Assembly (NCBI GenBank): GCA_964199315.1
Contig: OZ116699.1
Span: forward strand, 22,072,001 to 22,136,000
Direction of reading: 5' to 3'
Source: Orbicella franksi
Lineage: Eukaryota
Length of the DNA: 64,000 bases
The notes beneath the pieces were generated by a model. The model did not search any database. It was not told where the DNA came from and was given only the letters and a program-made list of their open reading frames with translations. Numbering within the stretch: position 1 is the stretch's first letter; the number at the start of each line of letters is the position of its first letter. Positions 25,864 to 37,803 of this stretch are shown in pieces. The position numbers and the translations under genes are program-made.

Positions 25864-28800
25864 GCTGTGTTAGCTTAAATCTCTTTGATCTCTAGGAGGA
25901 TAAATCGAAGGTTGCTTTTTTTCCAATCTGCAATCGATATAAGGCTTGTTCTTAAATATAACAAAAATTGGTTTTCTTAAAAAAAAAAATCATCGTTAAT
26001 GGAAATTTTTAAGTGGCAATTTGCTAGCATGAATACAGTTTCTAACCCGTAGAAATACAAAGCAGTTTTCAGTTTGGAATGCATTTTGTTTGGGAGCTGA
26101 TTTCACGAAAATAGTAACTGGTAATGCCAGTTAACACGTTTTACGAAACCTGGAGGGTTAAGGACGTTCCTACCCAAATGTTCACAAGTAAAGATTATTT
26201 TAAACTTGATGCAATGCAGTAAGGTAACGATCAACTTTTGCCAAAAAGGCAATAAAACAAAATGGGGGATCACCGTACTTGTTTTCGAGATAAGGTGCAT
26301 TGAAGACCATGCAGTTTTAGAAGCTTTCGTTATTTTACATGTAAGACGATCTTTGCTTACAACTATCAGTAATAAAAGAGGCTAGCTACGTTGATGAAAT
26401 TTACATCAGGTATCGAGAACTCCAAGCATTGGAAACTCAGTTATAAAGCGTACACTTCGGCTAAAGTTCACAGTTTTCTGAATTTTGAATCGGCATGTTT
26501 AACCTTTTAGGACAACCTACCCGCTTATTTATTTTTTATCTTGTTTTTCCCATAAACTGCAAGAATACCTGTTAAAAAGAAAAAATATATAAATTAATGA
26601 ATATAACCACAGTGAAATACCAACTTTTGGTATTCTCAATTTCATTGAACTTCCCGAAAACTGGCAAAATGTAGGAGAAAACCCAATTTCCCATCCTCTA
26701 GTTGTCTCGAAAAATCTTGATTCAAATCTATTTCACTTATCCTAAAGAACAACTGAGAAACACGATCGCATCACATAAATAATTTTTTGAGGAGCGTCCA
26801 TAGCTTACATTTCAGTTTTAGCTACATTATGGTTGCCTCTTCGTTCGACCTTAAATAAACAAGCACAAAAACTTGACATTTCAAGTTTCATAGAAAAAAA
26901 TGTTCAATTATAACGTGTTATCGACAAGCTGATGGGTGTACGTTGAAATAAAATTGTATATTGGCCTGAAAAATTCGAAAGCTCTTTAAAGGTAACCTAT
27001 TATTAATTCAGAAGAACATTTCCAGGAAATGAAACATTAACACTCTAAATAGTTGTTAACAGTTAAAAGGCAAACCAGTCTAATGGGCGAAATGAAAAAT
27101 AATCCAAATAATGTACTTCTTTACATGTTGTAAGAAACCTGTTGTTAATACACAAGACATACGAAACGAGAAACTGTCCACGGACTTGATTGCATTGGTA
27201 ATCGTATACCTGTACAATCAGAGATTTATACAACAAGTGCTATTCGAAAACTTTCTCAACATTCTCCAAGCCTTTAGGCGAGTGCAATTTGAAGGAATTT
27301 TCAAATATCACGAGTAGTGCAAATCCATCATTATTGCTTGAAGATTCATACGATAAACAATTATTACATGTCTGAACGCTCGCTCACGTCAATTAGCGCT
27401 GTAATGGTAATTAAAAATAAATGAGATATTCGCCGGCTCTCGGCCAATCGCAAAGAAATAACGTTCTCATCGTTTCTCTGTCATTTGAAAAAAAAGGAGA
27501 AAAAAACTTAAAGGGAATCTAGGAATTGGAAACAATCAAGGTTAAAAAGCTCTTTAGACAATATTTAAACCTTTTTTGTTTTTTGTTTTTTTTTTTTGGC
27601 AGCAAGGAATTAGAAACATTCGGTTTACAAAGCTATTTAGACAATGTTTAAAGTTAAAAAAAGAAACAAGGAATTAGAAACACCCAGGTTAAACATTCAA
27701 GTTAAAAGCCTCCTTAGACAATGTTTTAAGTTTTTTTTTTCAGAAAAAAGCAACAAGGAATTAGAAACACTCAGGTTAAACACTGTCCAGAAATGATTTG
27801 CAGTTTTAAGGCGCCAGTCTAATGAAAGGAAATCAAAAAGCTGAGATCTGGCCAGATCGTCTTTAGCGGGAAATACATGCAGGATTTAGGAACACTTAAA
27901 AAGGCCTTATGTTATTCAGAAAAATATTTCCAAGAAATGAAAGATCTTTTTTGTCTAAGTTAAAAGATCATTTAACTTTGAAATTGCTAAGTGCACCATT
28001 TAACGGATAAATAAGATATACAGCTTGCACAGGAAGAGACAGTTGCACCTTATCGTAAAGATATTGTTTCTACACATTAATCCATGCCTTTGTTACAGGA
28101 AATCAAATTAATACCAACCTTCAGGTGCAGTTAACACCTCCATGGGTACGTGTTTGTTCCCACTAGCCCCTGAGGTGAGAAAGAAAAGGCTCGTATGAGA
28201 TGAAATTCAGATAAGTTCAAACTTTCCAGGTTCAAACATTCACACATGAGTTCAAACTTCAAGGGGTGATCTAGAAAAACTTGTCAGCTATGGTTTTTTT
28301 CTTTCGTGCGCATTTACAAGGCGTCCAAACCAACAAAAGGTTAAATTAGATTACAGGCAATTGCAATAAACTAAAAGTGGCAAATGCGCGTTATTTTTCA
28401 ACGTAAAGGAAAAAAACAGTGCTGATAAAACGTAGCTTTATTTCTCAGTATTAAAGGAAAAATAAACCAGAATTAATATGATATGTTTTAACTGCCCAAT
28501 GAAAACGAAACTTTCAATGGTACAACAATTTAATACATAGAGATATATGTGGCAGCCGGTAGGTCTTGTCGTTCGATGCAAACGTGAAATTAAGGACAAG
28601 AAACTTAACAGAAAAACTTTCAGTGAATTCTAATGCCTTTAAGATCTAATGCCTTTTAAGATCTGAACTAACTTAAGAATGGGCGCAAAACCCTTCGATC
28701 ACTGAACACATCTAACAAAAGAGGAAACACCTGTTTCTATCAAATTAAAAATAGCTCATACCTGATTATTTTGAAAACTGTTGGCCCAAAAAATTTTCAG

Positions 28801-30374
28801 CCTCTCAAGGTTAGTAACTTAAGTATAGTAAATTCATGTGCGCATTTTGCAATGTTACAAGTAATGTAACGTCTTCAGTAATTCAATCTTGAGTTTTTGT
28901 GCCAGAATTCATTACGATGATAGCATCTCAGGTTTTATTAAATCAAATCAGGAAAAGTATACACTTTGGGTTTATTTGAATTTGTTCTCTGACAACGTTT
29001 GTTTGTTTGCTCATTTCCTTTCGTCATTTACTTTTTAATAAAACCTCATCTCAATTTAGCAGATGGGCGACGGTGAAAATTTCAAAATTCCATGATATGT
29101 GTATTTTAAATCTACTAGTTTTCACTTCTGGGATGGTCTGAACTCGTTTTAAAAACTGTTACAGCAACATTTCGGGTGTATCAACGAATCAGTGGTCTTA
29201 AGCCATCAATTGAATACAGCAGACAAGCTAGACTCTGTGAGCTGTCTTGTCATATTTCCTATTCTATTCTTTCTTTTTGTTTCCTCCAGAAAACTGTCAC
29301 ATACAGTGTTGTTGCATGGCGTTTGCACAGTGCATGGCCATGATGAAGAATCTCTACAATAATGGAAGGTTTACAGAAATTATGTGCAACATACTGCTTT
29401 ACCTTGAGGTCTGGTTACTGCATGTTGACAAATGACAGTATTTAGACGCTTATTTACCTGTTTCGCAGAACACAAACGTGAACTGTTGCCTCTAGAGCAG
29501 GGAAAGCTACACGACCTTCACTATTGGTGTTCAACGTTGTTGAAGAGCTCGGTTTCTTAGTATTTGTACCAACACATTTACTTTGACACCTGCGCTAGGT
29601 GCGAACAAATGAATTTTCTTTTTCAATTCACTTAATGAAATTTTTTGCTGACAAGCCAAACTAAAGATAGGCTCTACAAACAAGGTAAGCATGTGTCAAG
29701 TTGAAACAAAGACAAATATGAAAATGTCACACTGAGCGCCTCTGTAAAAAAAAAAAAAAAAAACCGATTGGTAGTGAAATTGGAAAACATTGTAGGACAT
29801 TTCAAAAACTATTCTTTTGTCGAGATATTCTAGAAAAGGCTCTTAGAAATCGTGCAATACCAAAAAAATAAGTGTTATGTCAAATGGAAATAAATTAATG
29901 GTATTTCACGAGGTTCCGTAAAGGTTGATTTTGCTAATTTTTAAAATTCGCATTTCCGATTGAAAGTAGAGTCAACAAGCTAAATTTCTTTCCCAATAAC
30001 TAAGAGTTAAATAATTCTAAAATAAGAGTTAACTTGCATAATTTAAATTCAGGCCATATCATGATTTTGTTTTTTCCCCGAGTGCAAAAAGTAGTTGGAA
30101 TATTGCCAACCTTGATGGCAACTTATATCCTGTTTTTGACAACACATTACAATAACTGCAATAACTGAGTATATATAATTAGAACATAGATTTACGATCC
30201 CCGCGGTTGAAAACAACAACCAAAAAAAAACAACAAACAAACAAACAAAACAAAACAAAAACGAAAACCCAATAATATTTAAAATAACAAATAGGTGAAA
30301 ATAAAGGAAGCTGGTTCTTATCTCTAGTTTTTTGGGCTGTCGAAAATATTACACCTTCTATAGGGTGTGGAGTG

Positions 30375-30733
30375 GAGAGCTTAAGCAAACCACGACGGCA
30401 ACGAGAACACCACAAAACAAAAGTTTTAAGGAGTAGAACAATAGCTGTGCACGTGCGTTATAAATCTCTGTACATTTCTTTGCCGTCCTCTGTAAAACAA
30501 CAACGTGAAATGATTAAGTTCTGCGTATTTTTGACAACGCGAACGACAGCGCCTAAGTTTTCGTCTCTTTATTTGGAATTGAACGCTAGCGTTACATATT
30601 TAGCTTGAGCAAATTCTGAGACCAATAGGCGTACTGAACAAATCTATACAATTGCGTAATCCGAAGGTAAAATATAAATTCATTTTTTCTAGGCGTTGTC
30701 CTCGAAGTCGCCGTAGTCATTGCTTAAGCTCTC
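30375..30733. mobile_element. MITE with GAGAGCTTAAGCA TIRs
   Basis: Perfect 13-bp inverted termini; non-coding interior. Confidence 0.68.
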
Positions 30734-31070
30734 TACTAAACGAAGATAAACAAGTGACTCGTGAATTTACACGTACCTTGTAAAGGAAACACGATCCGTA
30801 CTGAATCGTAAACTCAACGCAAATATTAAGTTACGTAACGCAAACTCCATGCCGCGTTCTTGGTGGAACTAACACGATTTTTTGTAATTATGTTTGAAGT
30901 GATACAATTTTAAAAGGAAAATTGGTAATATAACTAGAGAAAACAAATTTTTTTTTTTTTCAAACATAAACAGCACAGCAGTACACCCATTCGGTCTGTT
31001 AATCGATATGTTCAATAGAAAAACAGCGAAAAACATTTCAAATTAAACCAAACGATTCTCATTAGTATAA

Positions 31071-34000
31071 AACCAATGACCTAACGGATCAAAAATAATT
31101 AGCAAAACAACGGGAAAATCACCAAAAACAAACGTATTAAACAGCAGACTTTTTTTAGCAAGGGAAGGATCAAACTTCAAAAAAATGTCACTGATACTTT
31201 AAACACTTTACCTTACCTTGAGATGAAAATCGCAATTTTAACAGGCACACTAACTTTGATTAACGCTGGTTTCAATTTCTGTAACCTATGCATGCTATAC
31301 AGGTGCAAATTATGCAAATCTTCGATAGGCATCCTGAAACGCAAGTTACAGAAAGATGACAAAATATTGACAAATACTTACAGAGAGCACTTAAAAATCC
31401 ACTCGACAAGTGACTTTGATTTGTCCCATCGAAAATTACGCTTCCCTTAAAATCAAGATCAATTTTATTTGTATACTACGGTAAGCAGTTCGAGCTGTCG
31501 TTCGAGCTAAGAACAAAATTGCCGCGCGAAGTCTGGGAACTAAGAAAAGTGAGTGCAAGTTGCAAACTTTGTGCAGCTGGTGGACTGGAACAGGGCTGAA
31601 TGCATTAACGTGAGCAAGCGGCATTCTGCCACCCACAAGCTTTTCACTTAAAGTGCCACTAACCCCCAAAATTTTTTTTCGCTAATATAAATTTCCTTTT
31701 TCTCCTGATCACCACTGCGAAAGTTATCGTTTTAGCAATTTTCGTTAATTTTCTATGAATTTTTAAAGTTTGCAAATTTGCCCTTTTCCATGTTGACGAC
31801 CGAGGAATAGCGGAGAATGCGACGAGTTGGCCTTTGACGTCACTTCGGGAATAATAATATTTTGTTTCTGAGAAGAATGTATGCGAACATGCGATAGTGT
31901 GTGTCAAAATCGTTGCAGAATGCAAGGAAGATATGTTGTTGGAGACTGTAGCAATACAGGATGCGTAGAATAGAGTATTCCTCTTCATTCAATACCTCTA
32001 TCTCGATGAAACTCTGCCAGAAACAAGAAAAAGACCAAAGAAGTGGGCTGATCTGTGCGAAGCTAACGCCGGGGAGCCATTGAGGATTTCTTCGATCTCG
32101 GGTTCGCCGCTACTGTAAAAACCTAGAGATTTTCATGGCCTATATATTCTTCTCTATCTCTAGTGGAAAGCTTGAAATTGTCAAGGTACTGCATAAGACA
32201 CGAATTTGGGATAAGCTGGGAGCCATCTGACTATTTCGAGCGCAAACGATCCTCCGACGCGAGTCTCAGACGAAACTATAGGTGACGAAATTACACGGTA
32301 AATTAAACGCATCGCGTTTTGAAATAGAGACTTTACTTGTCTAAACGAATAGTAAACTAAACCTACGTTCTACAACGACGCGAAGAAGATTGTTGAGGCT
32401 TCGAACTGGTGAACTAGCTATGTATCTGTGGATTTTAATAAAAACACATGCACGCCGGAGGTCGCCTGTAATCTGGCCGTGTTTCTCAATGGCCATTCCG
32501 AATACAAAATTGTTTTGCTCTTGGAGTTTCGTCTTCGAGGAACGAAATACATCTAAATTACAAACTTAGAATGGATCAAGCATTTATAAATATATGAGGA
32601 AAGTGATACAAACGATTGAGATTCGACCCTATAGCTACCGACGGAGATTGTTGTGCTGAAAGGAGAATGCGCTTATCAGTCAACCGAAACGCAAACTAAT
32701 AAGTCGAGGACTCCCAGGTTATTAGCGTGCGTAAAATGGACATTTCATTCAAAATAACAGTGAAGTAGAAATGTATTCATTTAACTGAAAGTATACTGAA
32801 CCTCTTTTCAAGATCTTGTCGAAGGATTTTCCATGATTTCACTAGTTCGGAATATGCAAATTTGTGTAGCTCGTGTTCGTACACAGTAATTGAATGTGCA
32901 TATTCTACGGTCGGGCGACAATAACGAAGCGAAAAGTTACCTCACCTTCGAATATTATTTGCCGACATCTCTGCTTATCTCTTATGTTAAAACTATTTTC
33001 AATCAATGATCTCGAGAAGTAGGCAGGAGTGGATTACGACTGCATCACATTTTAACTTGTATTTCGGGGGAAATTAATATTTGAATGTAAAAGTGTTTTG
33101 TCACTCCGAAATTTGCACGTTCCGTAAAGTCAAATTACCAACTCTTCGTGTTCATTGGCATCTCTATAACCCATTAAGAGCTGTAAGTTAACTCTTCAGT
33201 CATTGTTTGTACCTTTATAACCCAAATGGACTGGCAAATTGTCGATCCCGGCCTTAATATAATTATACAACGCGGCGATCTCGACTAGCGACCCGCACTT
33301 CGAAATGGAAAAAAAATATGTACTTCACAGCCGTCCAAATCGTAGCTAGACTCCGAATTGTAATGCTAGATGATACAGCTCTTTCACTTAAAGTTCTTGT
33401 CCAGTTTTGATAAAATATGAATCACAGATACCCCGAAAGTGTTCTGACTGCCCTCGAAGCTCAGTCAAAAAAGTCTCTTGAGTGTTTTAGCCCGGTTCCC
33501 GAAGTGACGTCACTAGTAGCTCGACCCAGATCCCACTTTGCGCGGTCGTGAACATAGAAATTACATGTTTAAACGCTTGTAGAAACGCAGGGATTTTATC
33601 AATCGAGATAATTTTTTTGCTGAAGTAATCAGGGAAACTGGTAGATTTTATTTAAGTAAAAAACGTTTTGGGGTTAGTGGCACTTTAACCAATGACCTAA
33701 CGGATAAAAAATAATTGACAAAACAACGGGAAAATCACCAAAAAACAGAAAAACAGTATTAAACAGAAGACATTTTTTTAGCAAGAGAAGGATCAAACTT
33801 CAAAAAAATGTCACTGATAGTCTAAACACTTTACCCAACCTTGAAGTGAAAAATCACAATTTTACACTATATGTAACAGACACACTAACTTTGATTAACG
33901 CTGGTTTCAATTTCTGTAACCTATGCATGCTATACAGGTGCAAATTATGCAAATCTTCGATAGGCATCCTGAAACGCAAATTACAGAAAGATGACAAACT

Positions 34001-34286
34001 ATTGACAAATACTTACAGAGAGCACTTAAAAATCCACTCGACAAGTGACTTTGATTTGTCCCATCGAAAACTATACTTCCCTTAAAAACAAGATCAATTT
34101 TATTTGTATACTACGGTAAGCAGTTCGAACTCTCGTTCGAGCTAAGAACAAAATTGCCGCGCGAAATCTGGGAACTAAGAAAAGTGAGTGCCTGTTGCAA
34201 ACTTTGTGCAGCTGGTGGACTCGAACAGGGCCGGATGTATTAACGTGAGCAAGCGGCATTCTGCCACCCACAAGCTTTTCACTTAA
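31071..34286 (+). repeat. Direct repeats 31071-31651 and 33687-34286 bracketing the Kolobok-like element
   Basis: Collinear, highly similar blocks from AACCAATGACCTAACGG to AAGCTTTTCACTTAA, with small indels. Confidence 0.9.
31652..33684. mobile_element. TTAA-flanked TIR element, Kolobok-like, non-autonomous
   Basis: TTAA|AGTGCCACTAACCCC ... GGGGTTAGTGGCACT|TTAA. Subterminal inverted 17-mer TGACGTCACTTCGGGAA at 31835-31851 and 33496-33512. No transposase ORF recognised. Confidence 0.75.
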
Positions 34287-35574
34287 CGCCGGATAATTTC
34301 ACACCTTGCCAATTAAAAAGTTCGTGCGACAAAACACATCATCAATTTCTGTCTCGCCACGTGTTGGAAAAACTGCATTGGCCAAAATCGTGAGCAAGCA
34401 CTATCACGGTGATTATCCTGTTTGAAAAACGGTGCTAGTGATGACTAAGTACCTTTGCCCATGCACAAGCCTAGAGCAACCACACCATGACATCAAGTGA
34501 ATGCTTGGAGGAAGGGCAAACTGTAATTAGTTTCTTGCCGATTTCATTAAGACATCGGAAGAAGTTGAAAAAGTCTGCTCGACATTTTCAATTGAGGAGC
34601 AAAACCTCTGGCATGCTTAACTCATGATTGAACCCCTTAAACAGCTTCATTGTAGAGTAACGTTATTCAAATTTTAGTCCTTCTGTTGTCAAATTCGTTC
34701 TTTGACAACAAAGTTTCCCAAATGACACACATAATAGGGCCCTTTAAACGCCTTGAAAATGTGCCAAAACACTCCTGCTTCAAGTTATCAATCAACGAGA
34801 AAAGCAAAAAACAAACAATTAAATAACAAACAAACCGTTCGTGTAGAACATTATTTTACAGGGCACATTTTATATTTATCTAATTATTGATGAAAAACTA
34901 AAACTGACGATCTTTTGCTCGTCGTACGCGAAGGTGGACAATTACATTTAAACAGCACTTTGTAATTGAAATAAATTTATTTATACATTAAGATCAAGAT
35001 AAAACATATTTACCAAAACATGTATATAAATATAGAGCCTAACCTCAGCTCATAAAAATAACATTTATTTTTTTTCCCCTTCACGGCTATTGACAAAACT
35101 TCCAAGCTTCCATTCTCTTTTCTTTTCTCACAATATATACAGCACAGTTACTAGAGCAAGAATACATGGAATAGCTGTCACATAATGTACAGCAAAACAC
35201 AATTCTCCCCCCCCCCCCCCCAACCACCACACCAGAAAAAAAAAAAAAAAACGTTACGGATTGGAAGAGATAAACTTTTTAGTCACTTTATATCTATAGC
35301 GTGTGTTCATTGTCACGCAATAAAAAACAAAATCAAAAACCATTCAGTGGATAAAGTCGAGAAACTGTGATATTACGGCAGACGATAAATAAAGAGGACA
35401 GTTCTCCAAGTTTAAGGTGTGTGCCTTGTCCCAAAGTTGAGATATTCGTCGAAATGTTCCGCGCAAAATTAGAGAGCCTAGTATGGACCCGCCATGTTGT
35501 TGGACCTCCTTAGTCCTCCAATATGGCGGGGAGAAAATAGTGTAAACATCTGGAACTTACTTTGGCTATCTAGT

Positions 35575-36151
35575 CATAGGCGAACGGGCCGGGGGGGCGG
35601 GACTGCAGCCCCACCAAAATTTTGGGCAACTCAGAATTTTTTGGGCAACAAGAGAAATTTGGGCAAATGGAACGCACTGTAAAAGCCCCGCTCACACTGT
35701 CTTAAGAAAAAGATCCAAAAACCTACTCTGAGAGCAGAGCCTTATTAACCGCAATTTGTGACTTGGAGTTTATTTTCGGATTGTGTGTGCTGAAAGTAAT
35801 CCTGAGCAACACTGATAGTCTGGGCTGATATCTTCAGGGGAGGACGGTTGACGTCATCTCCGCTCGTAGAAATGCCGACATGACCATTCAGACCCTGCAC
35901 CAGTGTCGGAGTGTAGAAAGTTTCAACAGCGTATGGCAGATAGTATCAGCAATGGGTCTGAAAATGAAGAAGTGGCTGACCAATTCTCAGTTTGAATTAC
36001 GAGAAGCCAGGGCACCCCAGACAAACGCCATCGCACCGCCTTCAAGCCCTTGTAGATGAACATGCGCAAAGACAAACGCAGCTGACACCGGAATCGCACC
36101 ACCGTATTAACACTTACTATGCGTCCATCGACAAGGTGCTGTCCGAGCTTG

Positions 36152-36242
<91 letters not shown>

Positions 36243-36949
36243 CTTTTTATTATTATTATGACTCGCATATTGAGCTCAGGTTAAGCGGAAATGACCAGAA
36301 AATACTCTGTGCTTTGGAAAATATCAGTCATAGTGAACACCTGATAAAGAAAGCTTCTCCCGCGTAGCTAAATTTTACAAAATCGACGGCGAGATTCTGG
36401 AAGCCGAGCAGAAAATGTACGCGAGTTTTCGTCGTCCGCGCGGATTAGGCTGTATGACTGTTTCAGAAATGCTGGAGACAATGCACGAGAATGATCTATT
36501 TGATATGTTTCCAGAATTGTCTAATGTGGTACATATCCTTGCAGTGATACCTGCTACATCGTGTTCTGCAGATCATTCAGTGCGTTGCGCAGATTAAAAA
36601 CTATCCTCCGCAGCACCATGGGGCATAAACGTGTAAGCAACATCGCACTTATTAACATTGAAAGGGCATATGCCAACTCTGTAGTCTACAATGACATGGA
36701 TCGTATCATTGAAATCTTCGGGCGTCGAAATGGCAGAGACAGCTATATCTTTTAACGTGTTTTATGAGCTCATATGACAGAATCATATGTAAGAATATTT
36801 TCTCTTCATATGTAGGTCTATGTCAGTGCACCGTTAGTGACCCTCGTTTCTTTTCGACTCAGTTTCGTACATATTTGGACAACTTGAGCGAATTTTTTGG
36901 GCAAATGGCTCACCGCCTCCCCTAGCAAAAAGTTGCCCTTACGCCTATG
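35575..36949 (+). mobile_element. hAT-family non-autonomous deletion derivative
   Basis: TIRs CATAGGCGAACGGGC / CATAGGCGTAAGGGC. 8-bp TSD TATCTAGT / TATCTATT (one mismatch). Frameshifted C-terminal dimerisation domain FPELSNVVHILAVIPATSCS..FSALRRLKTILRSTMGHKRVSNIALINIER. Confidence 0.85.
36152..36243 (+). repeat. (AAC)30 microsatellite inside the hAT remnant
   Basis: Direct read of the sequence. Confidence 0.95.
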
Positions 36950-37803
36950 TATCTATTCGACTGATTATTTGAACCGAACCACAAAACATTTACACAAGCA
37001 CTCTTCCTAATACTTTAACTCCTAAATACGTAAAAATCACGATAGGTGTGTAATTTTCGACAAACGCGATCTTAGCTTTATGTCTTGCACGCCATAACTC
37101 CGAAATTCAAAATGCGCTGTTTTCCAAACGAAGGACGCTATTGAGCTGGAACGTTGTAAACAGATATAAATTTAGTACCTCTTATGCCTGATGAGGGTAA
37201 AACCTTCAGTTTTGGATTTGAAAAATTGATGACGTCATGTGAAAACACTATTACAGTGGAAATTCCACTTTTCCAAACCCCTCTAACTCCCCTATTATTG
37301 GAGGAAACATCTTGCCAACTTGACAAAAAAAGTAAGGAAAAATTTACGGTCGATTTCTTGAATCTCCAAATTTTTGTTTCTCTAGGCGGGATTCCACTGA
37401 ATGAGTAAGTGTAAAATGTCATTTTCAAACTTGCTGAGTTTTCCTTTGGAATGGAAAGGGTTTGAATTCATTTCGCGCAATTTTGAGAACTTTGAAAACG
37501 AGGTTGACGCTTTTAACACGAATTCTACTCGAGGTTGATTGATTTCCTAAGTGAATTCTGTCCCAACGTTTAGATTTTATCGAGGTATTTAAAAATCTTT
37601 GTGTTATTTGTCGGAAAGTCACTTATTTACACCTGCTGATTAGATGTTTTGCTTCCTTGCCACAATGTTCTAGTCTTTTAAAACACAACTGGATTCGAGT
37701 TTGCAATAATTGTGCCGCTATCTGTCGCTTGAATGTGGTGTCCTCTTGAAGAAAATGTTTAAGGGATAAACTGGAATGTCACAATAGCCATTACTGTGGT
37801 CAG

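Noticed and set aside
31071-34286. LTR retrotransposon or solo-LTR pair
   Set aside because: The repeats lack TG...CA ends, PBS/PPT and TSD, and the interior is exactly a TIR element with TTAA ends.
35992-36367. Poly-Asn and poly-Thr ORFs
   Set aside because: Microsatellite read-through inside a decayed transposase.
37187-37230. CTGATGAG hammerhead-like core (also at about 2716)
   Set aside because: No GAAA or stem III partner in the required arrangement.
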